DNA from: Selaginella moellendorffii
Lineage: Eukaryota > Plantae > Lycopodiophyta
Length of the DNA stretch: 64,000 nucleotides
Assembly: GCF_000143415.4 (NCBI RefSeq)
Contig: NW_003314366.1
Coordinates: 310,001-374,000 of the forward strand
Direction of reading: 5' to 3'
Shown: piece after piece, positions 12,394-23,408 of the stretch
How positions within the stretch are numbered: position 1 is the stretch's first letter
Layout of the letters: each line of letters opens with the position of its first letter
The notes under the pieces: model-generated
Told to the model about the DNA's origin: nothing
Databases searched by the model: none
What the model saw: only the letters and a program-made list of their open reading frames with translations
Program-made: the position numbers and the translations under genes

Positions 12394-13299
12394 ATGGCGG
12401 TCCCGGGCTGGTTGGAGGCGTTCCTGGCAGGCAACTACTTCGCTCATTGCCGCAGCCATGTCTCGAGCAAGAATGAGAGAAACCACTTCTGTGTCGACTG
12501 CTGCGAGGGGCCGCTCTGTCACTCGGGCTTGCGGGATCATCTCTCGCACACCACGCTCCAGGTGAGGCGAGCTTCTCACATGGACGCTGTGCGTATCAAC
12601 GACCTCCACAAGCTGCTCGACACCACGGGCATTCAGCCTTACACCATCAATGGTGCCAAGATCGCCTTCCTCCTCAGCCGGCCGCAGTCGAGGCTCGCCA
12701 AAGGATCGCTTCGCTGCTGCGAGACGTGCGGGAGAAGCATCTCGGATCCCCTCCGGTTTTGCTCCATTTCTTGTAAGCTTGCATGCGTGGTGGCGAGCTA
12801 TGACGACACGGCCATCGTCGCGGGGCCTTCTCCAGGTAAGTCATCCCCCACTGGATCGCTGGAAGACCGCGAAGAACTCAATCCAGCTCCATCGTCATCC
12901 ATGGCGACGAGCGACCATCACCACCACCACCACCACCAGAATGAGAATGCCGCCACCACCACCACCACCACCGTCAATCTACTCAAGAGGCGGCAGCAAA
13001 GCATTGGCGAAGAAGTTCTTCCTCCTCGGATACTGGGCTTCAAGAAGACCAAGCTCCAGATAGTTGTGAGAGATCGAGAACCCAGCACCACCACCGCCAC
13101 CACCACTGCTGCTAGTACTACTACTCGCCACCAACATCCCCCACCAGTGACTCTAGTTCCACCCTCTCCAAACTCCGTGCTCTCGTCGGAGATGGCCGCC
13201 ACACCCACAACCACGCCTTGTAAAAGCCTAGTGCTCGTCTCCTCACGATCGCCCAGAAGCCACCGCAAAGGAACTCCTCACAGGTCTCCCTTGTTCTAG
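12394..13299 (+). CDS. PLATZ zinc-binding transcription factor (intronless)
   Basis: PGWLEAFL..YFAHC..H...KNERNHFCVDC...LC...H..H..LQVRRASHMDAVR...IQPYTINGAKIAFL..RPQ...CETCGR.....RFCSISCK. C-terminal RKGTPHRSPL. Confidence 0.95.
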   Translation: MAVPGWLEAFLAGNYFAHCRSHVSSKNERNHFCVDCCEGPLCHSGLRDHLSHTTLQVRRASHMDAVRINDLHKLLDTTGIQPYTINGAKIAFLLSRPQSRLAKGSLRCCETCGRSISDPLRFCSISCKLACVVASYDDTAIVAGPSPGKSSPTGSLEDREELNPAPSSSMATSDHHHHHHHQNENAATTTTTTVNLLKRRQQSIGEEVLPPRILGFKKTKLQIVVRDREPSTTTATTTAASTTTRHQHPPPVTLVPPSPNSVLSSEMAATPTTTPCKSLVLVSSRSPRSHRKGTPHRSPLF

Positions 13300-13377
13300 C
13301 TAGCCTGAGTCGATGAATGTATTTAACTGTCTTTCCTCTAGCGCCGAGAATGCGATGCCATAGCCGGGCATCTGCCG

Positions 13378-15350
13378 ATGAGAGACGATGCTGCTGGAGT
13401 CGAGGAGAAGAATCTCGGCGAGCTCGTCCGCGAATGCGGGAGGAACCGCGACCTGTGTGGGGGGCGGCGATTGCATGCTCGAATCCGCGGCAGCAGCATC
13501 CATGCCCAGAGCTTGTACCTCGCCAACCTGCTCGTGGAGATGTATGGCAAGTGCCGCAGCCCCCGCGACGCGCGATCCGTGCACGACTCCATCCCTTGCC
13601 CCAATTCCTTCTCCGGGAATCTGATGATCCAGGCCTATGTCGAGAATGGAGAGGTCGAGGAGGCGCGGCGGATCTTCGATGCCATGGCCGAGCGCAATGC
13701 GGTCACCTGGAATTCCTTGGCGGCTGCCTATGCTCGGAGAGGGGATGTGGCGGAGGCCAAGAAGATCAAGAAGAGCATGCCGCAGTGGGATGTGTACCTT
13801 GGAACCACGATGATCACGCTCTACACTCGCCACGGCCGGATCCACGATGCCAGGGCGATATTCGACTCGATTCCCCAGCAAAACATCGTGATCTGGAACG
13901 CGATGGTCGCTGGCTACGCCAGGAGAGGAAATCTTGACGACGCGCGCGCGATGTTCTGGCGGATGCCGCAGCACGACGTCGTCTCCTGGAATGCGATGAT
14001 CACAGCACACGTCGAGCGCGGGGAGAATCGCGAGGCCAAGAGGATCTTCGATGGAATGCCCGAGCGCGATGTGATCCCCTGGACTGTGATCGTCGTCGCG
14101 AATGCCGAGAGCGGGGATGTGGCTAGGGCGCGCAGCGTGTTCTTGAGAATGCCCCAGCACGATGTGGTGTCGTGGACGGCCATGATTCGTGGTTTCGCGG
14201 AAGAGGGGCACGTGGACGATGCGATGGCGATGTTCGATTCCGCGGCGGAAAGGAGCGTGGTGTCCTGGACGGCCATGATCGAAGGCCTGGCGACGGCGGG
14301 AGATTTGAATCCAGCGGTCGAGATGTTCTCTCTTATGCCCAAATGGGATTCCATCGCCTGGAACGCGATGATCACAGTCTTCTCCCAGAGCGGTCGCGTC
14401 GACGACGCCCAATCCTTCTTCCACTCGATGCCCTCTCGCAACATCGTCTCCTGGAACGCGCTCATCGCCGCCTACGCCCAATCTCGCCAGGTCGACGACG
14501 CCATCGCCGCGATCTCTCGCGCGCCACAGCTCGATGTGATCTCCTGGAACGCCATGATCACCGTGCACGGGCTCGTCGGAGACGCCGTCGCGGCCAAGGC
14601 CGTCTTCGATTCCATGCCCCAGTCTCCTGGAACGCGATGATCTCGAGCTTCGCCCAGGCGGGGCTGATGGACGAGGCAAGCACCGCCTTCGATCGGATAT
14701 CCCAGAGGAATGTAATCTCCTGGACGAGCATCGCAGCCGGATTCGCCCAGAGCGGCCTCGTCGCCCAAGCGAAGCACGCATTCCAATCCATGCCGGAGCG
14801 CAATTGGATCACCTGGACCGCGGTGGTGGCAGCATTTGCCCAGAGCGGGCATTTGGGCGAAGCCCGGGATCTTCTCGCAAGGATCCCACACCCGGACGTC
14901 AAGCCCTGGGCCGAGATGGCGACCGCGTATGCTCGAAACGGGCATGGCAAGGTAGCGCTGGAGCTGCTCAAACCGATGGAGCTCCTGGGAATTCCACCCG
15001 ACGAGGCCACCTGCGTGAACATCCTGAGCGCTTGCCGGCACGTCGGGCTCGTCGAAGAAGGCCGCCAGTGCTTCTTGTACATGCTGGAAGATCGATGCGT
15101 AGCTCCACACTTTGAGATCTACTGCTCCATGGTGGATTTGCTGGCTCGAGCCGGGCAGCTCCCACAGGCCGAGGAGCTTATCCAGAGCATGCCATATCTT
15201 CCCGATGATACCACCTGGGGAGCGCTGCTTGGCGGCGCTCGGATCCACAGTGATATCCAGTGTGGTCTCCGAGCGGCGTGGAGCGCGTTTGAGGCACACC
15301 CCGAGAACCCCGGACCTTATATCCTCATGGCCAATATCTTGCTGGAGTGA
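13378..15350 (+). pseudogene. PLS/E-class PPR gene with a frameshift at ~14620
   Basis: Tandem short PPR motifs (FDxMPxxxVVSWNAMI) in 13378-14620. The reading continues in another frame VSWNAMISSFAQ...LSACRHVGLVEEG...YCSMVDLLARAG...WGALL...YILMANI (E domain). The usual RNIV linker is missing at ATGCCCCAG|TCTCCTGG. Confidence 0.8.
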
Positions 15351-15434
15351 CCACCTAGAGCTGGCTCATCAAAAACCGATTTTTTTTGTTGGATCGAAAG
15401 AAATACCATAGAGAAATTGAAGAACACAGAAGAG

Positions 15435-15964
15435 TGCGCGTACCTTAAATGTTAGCTATTGATACTTATAGACTTACATAATACAATCTGTTGAGAAATC
15501 AATCTTCAGGCTTCCAACCGTTGTCAAAACATCACCACACATACTTGTCCAAGTATCCCTGCACAAGAAGAGAACAAGGGTGAATTGAAAAGAATGAGAG
15601 TGTCGGTACCTTGACGAGCTTGGTGATCTTTGCGTGGGAGGAATCCATGAACTGCTCGATCTTGGCCTGGTCCTTTGGGATTTCGTGACCCTGCAACCAG
15701 TGCGCGTTAGCTATTGATACTTATAGACTTACATTGAGAAATCAATCTTCCGGCTTCCAACCATTGTCAAAACATCACGACACATACTTGTCCAAGTATC
15801 CCTGCACAAAAAGAGAACAAGGATGAATTGACAAGAATGAGAGTGTCGGTACCTTGACGAGCTTGGTGATCTTTGCGTGGGAGGAATCCATGAACTGCTC
15901 GATCTTGGCCTGGCCCTTTGGGATTTCGTGACCCTGCAACGTTCCCATGACTTTGTTCACGGCC
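15435..15964 (-). pseudogene. Two tandem 3' fragments of the CCCH gene (23409-24573)
   Basis: 15435-15697 and 15698-15964 each match part of 23311-23598 (KGQAKIEQFMDSSHAKITKLVK...GYLDKYV). The match stops at 15964. Confidence 0.85.
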
Positions 15965-16700
15965 GTGGAAGTCAGAAAATTCACCTGAAGAATCTACTAA
16001 ACTTTCCGAGGGTTCCCATGTCCAATCTCTTGGAGAGTAGCCAACCCAGTCGATGAGGTAGTACATCCGATGTCGAAGGATCTTAGAATCGAGGATCTCA
16101 GCAACTTCATACTGGGGTGACAATCGATTTGGACTTCGGGAGCTGGTGGGATGACGAGACTTGGAATATCATTTTGGTGACGTATGGTTCGAGCAGGGAA
16201 ACATGAAAGACAGGATGGAGGCACATACTCGGAGGAAGATCCAGTTGATATGCAACTTCATGAATGCGAGCAGAGATTTGGAAGGAACCGAGGCATTGAT
16301 AGTCGAATTTACCAGATGGACGAGTAGTTTGAATGTTGCACCGCAATAACCAAACTTAATCACCAACCTTTAACTTAGGAGCCATGGAGTTTGTGACGTT
16401 TCTGAGCCTCGAGGAAATATTCTTGGAGATCATGATGAATGTGTTGGAGTTAAGTTGACCGGTTTGTGGTAGAGAAATTGGCCAGTAGAGAAACGGATCC
16501 ATGAAACGTCCATCGTGGATGGTAGTATTGGAGAAAGAAGAAAAATGTTTGTTGCATGGAACCGTGAACTGTGTTGTTGTATGAGAACTCAATAAATGGT
16601 AGGAGTTGTGTCTAATTGTTCTACTGATAAATGATGAAACAACGTATTGCTTGACATACATCTTGAAGCTGTTTATCAATTTGGAAGCGAATTGTGCAAC
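15965..16700 (-). mobile_element. Degenerate Ty3/gypsy chromovirus fragment (integrase C-terminus plus chromodomain)
   Basis: LLPFIEFSYNNTVH (integrase); [47 protein letters not shown]; [34 protein letters not shown] (chromodomain). Multiple frameshifts. Confidence 0.9.
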
Positions 16701-17221
16701 TGAGATGGAAGATATCTCAGCAGCTCTGGAGTTCAGTTGAGCAGAATTTCATCATCGATCACATAAACGCTGTTTGATTCGAAGAGTTGGACAGCTTTAA
16801 ACCACTGAAGCTTTCTCCATCATCAGGTTCTTGAAGCATAGGCTCTTTTACTCGGAGCGTCGTCTAGCGATTGCAAACGGCGACCACTCTTCACAAAATC
16901 CACCGTTGCTGCAACATCAAATAGAAACAACTGAGCATGCTACTTGCCAGTTGCTTAAATTGCATGGTAAATTATGTATACAGACAACCAAAATAACAAA
17001 TTTGCCAGTTGCAAATAAAGATTTTCCAATGGTTGGAAACTTAAATGGCAACTGGCCTCTCTCTCACTAATTCTGAGCTTAGTACAATTTGAGTGCCATT
17101 CAAATGTGCTCGAAAAAACTGATGACTTAACATAAAAATAATACGGACCCACGTTGGTTAATGATGATCTTAACTGTTTTGTAATCGTAATATCTTTGAC
17201 TCGTTTTTTCTCCTATACATA

Positions 17222-17578
17222 TATATATGCAGTATCCAACACCACCAGTGAGTATTTTTCATTTATGGAACAGGTTCTTGTGTTTACCTTTGCGTTTTTC
17301 TGAAACTCGGTCTTATGCTGCTGGCTTTGATATGGAAATTCGATTTTTTCACCTTTCATGGTTCTAATCATTGCGATATTGAACGAAGGTAGGATATATA
17401 CTTCACTCGTCCAGTTTTGTTCTCTTTTAAATTAAGATATATGTTAGTTGTTTGTTGCTCTTGTGAAGGTACGATCATGATCATTTTCAAGTACAGTGCG
17501 AAACCTTCACCTATACCCCACAGTTGGAAGCTCTCTGAAATTTTTGCAACTGGTGTTGTCATCGACGGCTGGCTGGCG
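17222..17578 (+). pseudogene. Internal fragment of a plasma-membrane H+-ATPase (AHA) gene; 3 exon remnants with introns
   Basis: IYAVS.. / LMLLALIWKFDF(frameshift)[14 protein letters not shown] / GTIMIIFKYSAKPSPIPHSWKLSEIFATGVV, compared with AHA [58 protein letters not shown]. Confidence 0.85.
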
Positions 17579-18224
17579 GACCAAACGACTTTCTTACGTT
17601 TCTCTTGTAGAAATCTCGGCTGGCTGTCAAGAATTTCAGGACAAGGAGGCGATAAGGAGGGCTGAAATTGCAGGAGCAACTGATTGAACGTTGTTTTTTT
17701 TTTTTTCGGAGCCTCGGATTCTGAGCTAGGCTTCCAGTGCCTTTATTTTCGTTATTTTCCTTTTCCGGTTGTGGGTTCCTCTGTTTTTCTTTTTTCGGCA
17801 GTTCCGTCGTTTTTCCTCTGTTTTCTCGTTTTCAGCTCTTTTCTTCACTTGGGTCGGTTTGTGCTTCATTTGGGTTCGTGTTTTCACCTTGTGGGTCGAT
17901 TTCTCTGGTCACGGCATTCAACCGGGGAGTTCTCTGAGGGGGCGGCTGTTTGCGGCTGTTTGCGGCGAGCATTTCTTGGGAACACGGCAGAGTATTTAGC
18001 TGTAGGAGTTGTAGTTTCGATAGAGGATCTTCGGCAGTAAGGGATTGCCTCAACGGCCTGTTCAGCGGTCAACGGTAGTCAACGGTCTTATCGTCCTACC
18101 TTCGTCAACGGTCGACGGACGGTGCTCAGTCGCGCCCCTGCCATGGCCCACCACCGTTGTGCTTTTAAGGTTTACCGGTTTACCCTAAATACACAGGACA
18201 GACTAAGGGTAGTATTATCAGGTA

Positions 18225-19488
18225 ATGGCGTGTTGTGGTGTCAGCGATGTCATTGAGGGTGGTCTCTATCGGTGTGAGGATGTTACCAGTACCGTGTGCA
18301 GGCCTGTGGATCTGCACATAGGTTTAGATAAGGCAATAGCTGAGCTAGAAGAGGATGCTGCAAAAGGACGATGTCGAGGCCCTTATCTTGTGGCTTCCAG
18401 AGTGTATGAGAGTGTGTTTGAGCTCTGGAGCTTGGAAATCGAAAGCGGGTGGAAACTCTCCTTTGTAAAGGAGGCGGGGAAGGATTTTGGGTCCGTTTGG
18501 CTTTACGGCGATCCCTCACGCGTTCATGAGGTTGTTGCCCTCTGCGTACATGAGATGAAGGAGCAGATGGTATCAGCATGGTATGAGCAAGGCAATCGGG
18601 GTAGCTTCAAAAGCCGAGATGTTTTGCTTGGAATTGGATCTACGAGAATACCACTCAAAGTCGACAAGTACGTTATCAATAAGGAGCCTGACGTCGGTAT
18701 GTTTGTACTCTCTTGGATATGTGGCTTGTGTATAACAGTTTGCGATGTTTTACAGCATGGGTGCCATCGCAAACGCCAAATGCTCTTCCGAGCTTTGTCC
18801 TTGAGCTGTCGTATAGAAATGAATCGATCCCGCGGCTCAAGGAAGAGATGCGGTGGTGGTCACGCAACGGCGTGGCCATCACATTGGGCATCAAAGTGGA
18901 GATCAAGCGAGCTGGTTAAGGCAACTTTTCTTCTTTTTCTTTTTCTTACGAGTTACTTGATCAGGTAATGGGGTGCTTAGCCAGCGGTTTCTTCTTTTCA
19001 TACTCGATCATCAAGATGGCACCGGTCGTTTCCGCGACGTGAACTTCAGTCCTGGGGTATGCAATGAAGAAAACAAAGAAGATTTTGTGCAAAGAATTCC
19101 TTTGCACAAAATTATGCGAGGATTTCCGACAGGTATATTTCTATGTTGTGGCTTTTATTTGAATTTTTTTTTCTTGACATTGCAGGGCTTGATCAAGATT
19201 TTCATTTTGAGCTCAGCCTTTTCGAGCTACAGCAACAAATTGTTTCACTGAATTTGGTAGAGGCACCGCCATCTCGTGGTATGTGTTTCGTGCGGTTTTA
19301 ATGTTTTGATTGTTAAAAATGCAATCTGCAGCAAATGAAGATATCTAGTGGATGAAGGTGCTGTGGTTGTCTGCTCACACCGAGATTGTGAAGTTGCAGT
19401 ATTTCACCACAAGGACTGTGTCAACTTCTCTGAGGGCGTTGACGACGACAACGCGTGGATATGTCCTTATTGTAGATCTGACCGTTGA
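18225..19488 (+). CDS. Putative Uma2-like PD-(D/E)XK restriction-endonuclease-fold protein with a C-terminal PHD-like Cys/His cluster; ~5 exons
   Basis: Introns 18697-18755, 18915-18964, 19133-19185 and 19279-19348 (alternative acceptor 19331) give GSTRI...KEPDVAWVP....LPSFVLELSYRNESIPRLKEEMRWW...VAITLGIKV...VNFSPGVCN...QRIPLHKI...FELSLFELQQQI, then VVCSHRDCEVAVFHHKDCV...WICPYC*. Confidence 0.65.
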
Positions 19489-19741
19489 TCTGACTGTAAC
19501 CATTGAACTCTGAACACACGAACAAAAAGCCCTGGGCATGGCTATGGCGGCTTCTCAGCTCTGCGGCTATGCGTCTAAGGAGTTTGTGATCAGTCACAAT
19601 GTCAAATCCGCTGTCAGATTGCTGCTCTACTCCAGAAGCAGGCTTTCCGATTGCAGAAAATGTAAAGTTGCGAAGGAGAACACAAGAACCTATCCTGTGT
19701 ATTAGAAATTAGTGTAACGCACGGGGATTTCACCTTTTATC

Positions 19742-20414
19742 NNNNNNNNNNNNNNNNNNNNNNNNNNNNNNNNNNNNNNNNNNNNNNNNNNNNNNNNNNN
19801 NNNNNNNNNNNNNNNNNNNNNNNNNNNNNNNNNNNNNNNNNNNNNNNNNNNNNNNNNNNNNNNNNNNNNNNNNNNNNNNNNNNNNNNNNNNNNNNNNNNN
19901 NNNNNNNNNNNNNNNNNNNNNNNNNNNNNNNNNNNNNNNNNNNNNNNNNNNNNNNNNNNNNNNNNNNNNNNNNNNNNNNNNNNNNNNNNNNNNNNNNNNN
20001 NNNNNNNNNNNNNNNNNNNNNNNNNNNNNNNNNNNNNNNNNNNNNNNNNNNNNNNNNNNNNNNNNNNNNNNNNNNNNNNNNNNNNNNNNNNNNNNNNNNN
20101 NNNNNNNNNNNNNNNNNNNNNNNNNNNNNNNNNNNNNNNNNNNNNNNNNNNNNNNNNNNNNNNNNNNNNNNNNNNNNNNNNNNNNNNNNNNNNNNNNNNN
20201 NNNNNNNNNNNNNNNNNNNNNNNNNNNNNNNNNNNNNNNNNNNNNNNNNNNNNNNNNNNNNNNNNNNNNNNNNNNNNNNNNNNNNNNNNNNNNNNNNNNN
20301 NNNNNNNNNNNNNNNNNNNNNNNNNNNNNNNNNNNNNNNNNNNNNNNNNNNNNNNNNNNNNNNNNNNNNNNNNNNNNNNNNNNNNNNNNNNNNNNNNNNN
20401 NNNNNNNNNNNNNN
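19742..20414. other. Assembly gap (N run)
   Basis: Run of N. Confidence 1.
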
Positions 20415-20689
20415 AATTATGCAGGCCGAAATGACAAAGATAATCAAAAGCTTGGAGCGAGAAAAGGCGCTGATGAACCGTAATATAATTGCTGCTGCAG
20501 CTAGAACACCCTTCATGGACGTCCGGTTTTCTTGATGGTGAGCAGTAAAAAAGCTCGAGTTAATTCTTTGTGAAAGCTTATTTCTATTTTTATTTTTGCA
20601 GCGGAGCTTCGTTGGAATTCTCCTCATAGTTCATCAGGAAGTGTTCCAAGTGCTCGTGTGGGACATAATGCAGTAGCATTGCAGCTGAA

Positions 20690-21134
20690 GGGCCTTCTCC
20701 AGGTAAGTCATCCCCCACTGGATCGCTGGAAGACCGCGAAGAACTCAATCCAGCTCCATCACCATCCATGGCGACGAGCGACCATCACCACCACCACCAC
20801 CACCAGAATAAGAATGCCGCCACCACCACCACCACCACCGTCAATCTTCTCAGGCGAAGAAGTTCTTCCTCCTCGGATACTGGGCTTCAAGAAGACCAAG
20901 CTCCAGATAGTTGTGAGAGATCGAGAGCCCAGTACCACCACCGCCACCACCACTACTACTCGCCACCAACATCCCCCACCAGTAACTCTAGTTCCACCCT
21001 CTCCAAACTCCGTGCTCTCGTCGGAGATGGCCGCCACACCCACACCCACGCCTTGTAAAAGCCTAGTGCTTGTCTCCTCTCCATCGCCCAGAAGCCACCG
21101 CAAAGGAACTCCTCACAGATCTCCCTTGTTCTAG
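20690..21134 (+). pseudogene. 5'-truncated duplicate of the PLATZ gene (C-terminal part only)
   Basis: Near-identical to 12823-13299 with small deletions. The zinc-binding PLATZ domain is absent. Confidence 0.85.
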
Positions 21135-21201
21135 CTAGCCTGAGTCGATGAATGTAACTGTCACGCGCGGAGAATGCGATGCCATAGTCGGGCATTTGCC
21201 G

Positions 21202-23215
21202 ATGAGAGACGATGCTGCTGGAGTTGAGGAGAAGAATCTCGGCGAGCTCGTCCGCGAATGCGGGAGGAACCGCGACCTGTGTGGCGGGCGGCGATTGCAT
21301 GCTCGAATCCGCGGCAGCAGCATCCATGCCCAGAGCTTGTACCTCGCCAATCTGCTCGTGGAGATGTATGGCAAGTGCCGCAGCCCCCGCGACGCGCGAT
21401 CCGTGCACGACTCCATCCCTTGCCCCAATTCCTTCTCCGGGAATCTGATGATCCAGGCCTATGTCGAGAATGGCGAGGTCGAGGAGGCGCGGCGGATCTT
21501 CGATGCCATGGCCGAGCGCAATGCGGTCACCTGGAATTCCTTGGCGGCTGCCTATGCTCGGAGAGGGGATGTGGCGGAGGCCAAGAAGATCAAGAAGAGC
21601 ATGCCGCAGTGGGATGTGTACCTTGGAACCACGATGATCACGCTCTACACTCGCCACGGCCGGATCCACGATGCCAGGGCGATATTCGACTCGATTCCCC
21701 AGCAAAACATCGTGATCTGGAACGCGATGGTCGCTGGCTACGCCAGGAGAGGAAATCTTGACGACGCGCGCGCGATGTTCTGGCGGATGCCGCAGCACGA
21801 CGTCGTCTCCTGGAATGCGATGATCACAGCACACGTCGAGCGCGGNNNNNNNNNNNNNNNNNNNNNNNNNNNNNNNNNNNNNNNNNNNNNNNNNNNNNNN
21901 NNNNNNNNNNNNNNNNNNNNNNNNNNNNNNNNNNNNNNNNNNNNNTGCCCGAGCGCCCCTAGACTGTGATTGTCGTCGCGAATGCCGAGAGGGGGATGAG
22001 GGCGCGCAACGTGTTCTTGAGAATACCCGAGCACGATGTGGTGTCGTGGACGGCCATGATTCGTGGTTTCGCGGAGAGGGGGCATGTGGACGATGCGATG
22101 GCGATGTTCGATTCCGCGGCGGAAAGGAGCGTGGTGTCCTGGACGGCCATGATCGAAGGCCTGGCGACGGCGGGAGATTTGAATCCAGCGGTCGAGATGT
22201 TCTCTCTTATGCCCAAATGGGATTCCATCGCCTGGAACGCGATGATCACAGTCTTCTCCCAGAGCGGTCGCGTCGACGACGCCCAATCCTTCTTCCACTC
22301 GATGCCCTCTCGCAACATCGTCTCCTGGAACGCGCTCATCGCCGCCTACGCCCAATCTCGCCAGGTCGACGACGCCATCGCCGCGATCTCTCGCGCGCCA
22401 CAGCTCGATGTGATCTCCTGGAACGCCATGATCACCGTGCACGGGCTCGTCGGAGACGCCGTCGCGGCCAAGGCCGTCTTCGATTCCATGCCCCAGTCTC
22501 CTGGAACGCGATGATCTCGAGCTTTGCCCAGGCGGGGCTGATGGACGAGGCAAGCACCGCCTTCGATCGGATATCCCAGAGGAATGTAGTCTCCTGGACG
22601 AGCACCGCAGCCGGATTCGCCCAGAGCGGCCTCGTCGCCCAAGCGAAGCACGCATTCCAATCCATGCCGGAGCGCAATTGGATCACCTGGACCGCGGTGG
22701 TGGCAGCATTTGCCCAGAGCGGGCATTTGGGCGAAGCCCGGGATCTTCTCGCAAGGATCCCACACCCGGACGTCAAGCCCTGGGCCGAGATGGCGACCGC
22801 GTATGCTCGAAACGGGCATGGCAAGGTAGCGCTGGAGCTGCTCAAACCGATGGAGCTCCTGGGAATTCCACCCGACGAGGCCACCTGCGTGAACATCCTG
22901 AGCGCTTGCTGGCACGTCGGGCTCGTCGAAGAAGGCCGCCAGTGCTTCTTGTACATGCTGGAAGATCGATGCGTAGCTCCACACTTTGAGATCTACTGCT
23001 CCATGGTGGATTTGTTGGCTCGAGCAGGGCAGCTCCCACAGGCCGAGGAGCTTATCCAGAGCATGCCATATCTTCCCGATGATACCACCTGGGGAGCGCT
23101 GCTTGGCGGCGCTCGGATCCACAGTGATATCCAGTGTGGTCTCCGAGCGGCGTGGAGCGCGTTTGAGGCACACCCCGAGAACCCCGGACCTATGACCAAT
23201 ATCTTGCTGGAGTGA
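21202..23215 (+). pseudogene. Duplicate PLS/E PPR gene with the same frameshift (~22495); spans an N gap
   Basis: Near-identical to 13378-15350, with the same ATGCCCCAGTCTCCTGG lesion and a 9-bp deletion near the C-terminus. Confidence 0.8.
21846..21945. other. Assembly gap (100 N)
   Basis: Run of N. Confidence 1.
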
Positions 23216-23408
23216 CCACCTAGAGCTGGCTCATCAAAAACCGATTTTTTTTGTTAGATCGAAAGAAATACCATAGAGAAATTGAAGAACACAGAAGAGT
23301 AGAAGAACCAGTGCGCGTACCTTAAATGTTAGCTATTGATACTTATAGACTTACATAGTACAATCTGTTGAGAAATCAATCTTCCGGCTTCCAACCATTG
23401 TCAAAACA

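Noticed and set aside
13300-15299. Long antisense ORFs over the PPR genes (similar ones overlap the DUF3527, UGT and TPR-CHAT genes)
   Set aside because: Shadow ORFs of GC-rich coding sequence with no recognisable motifs.
19737-20627. 296-aa ORF in the track
   Set aside because: Artefact of translating through the N gap.
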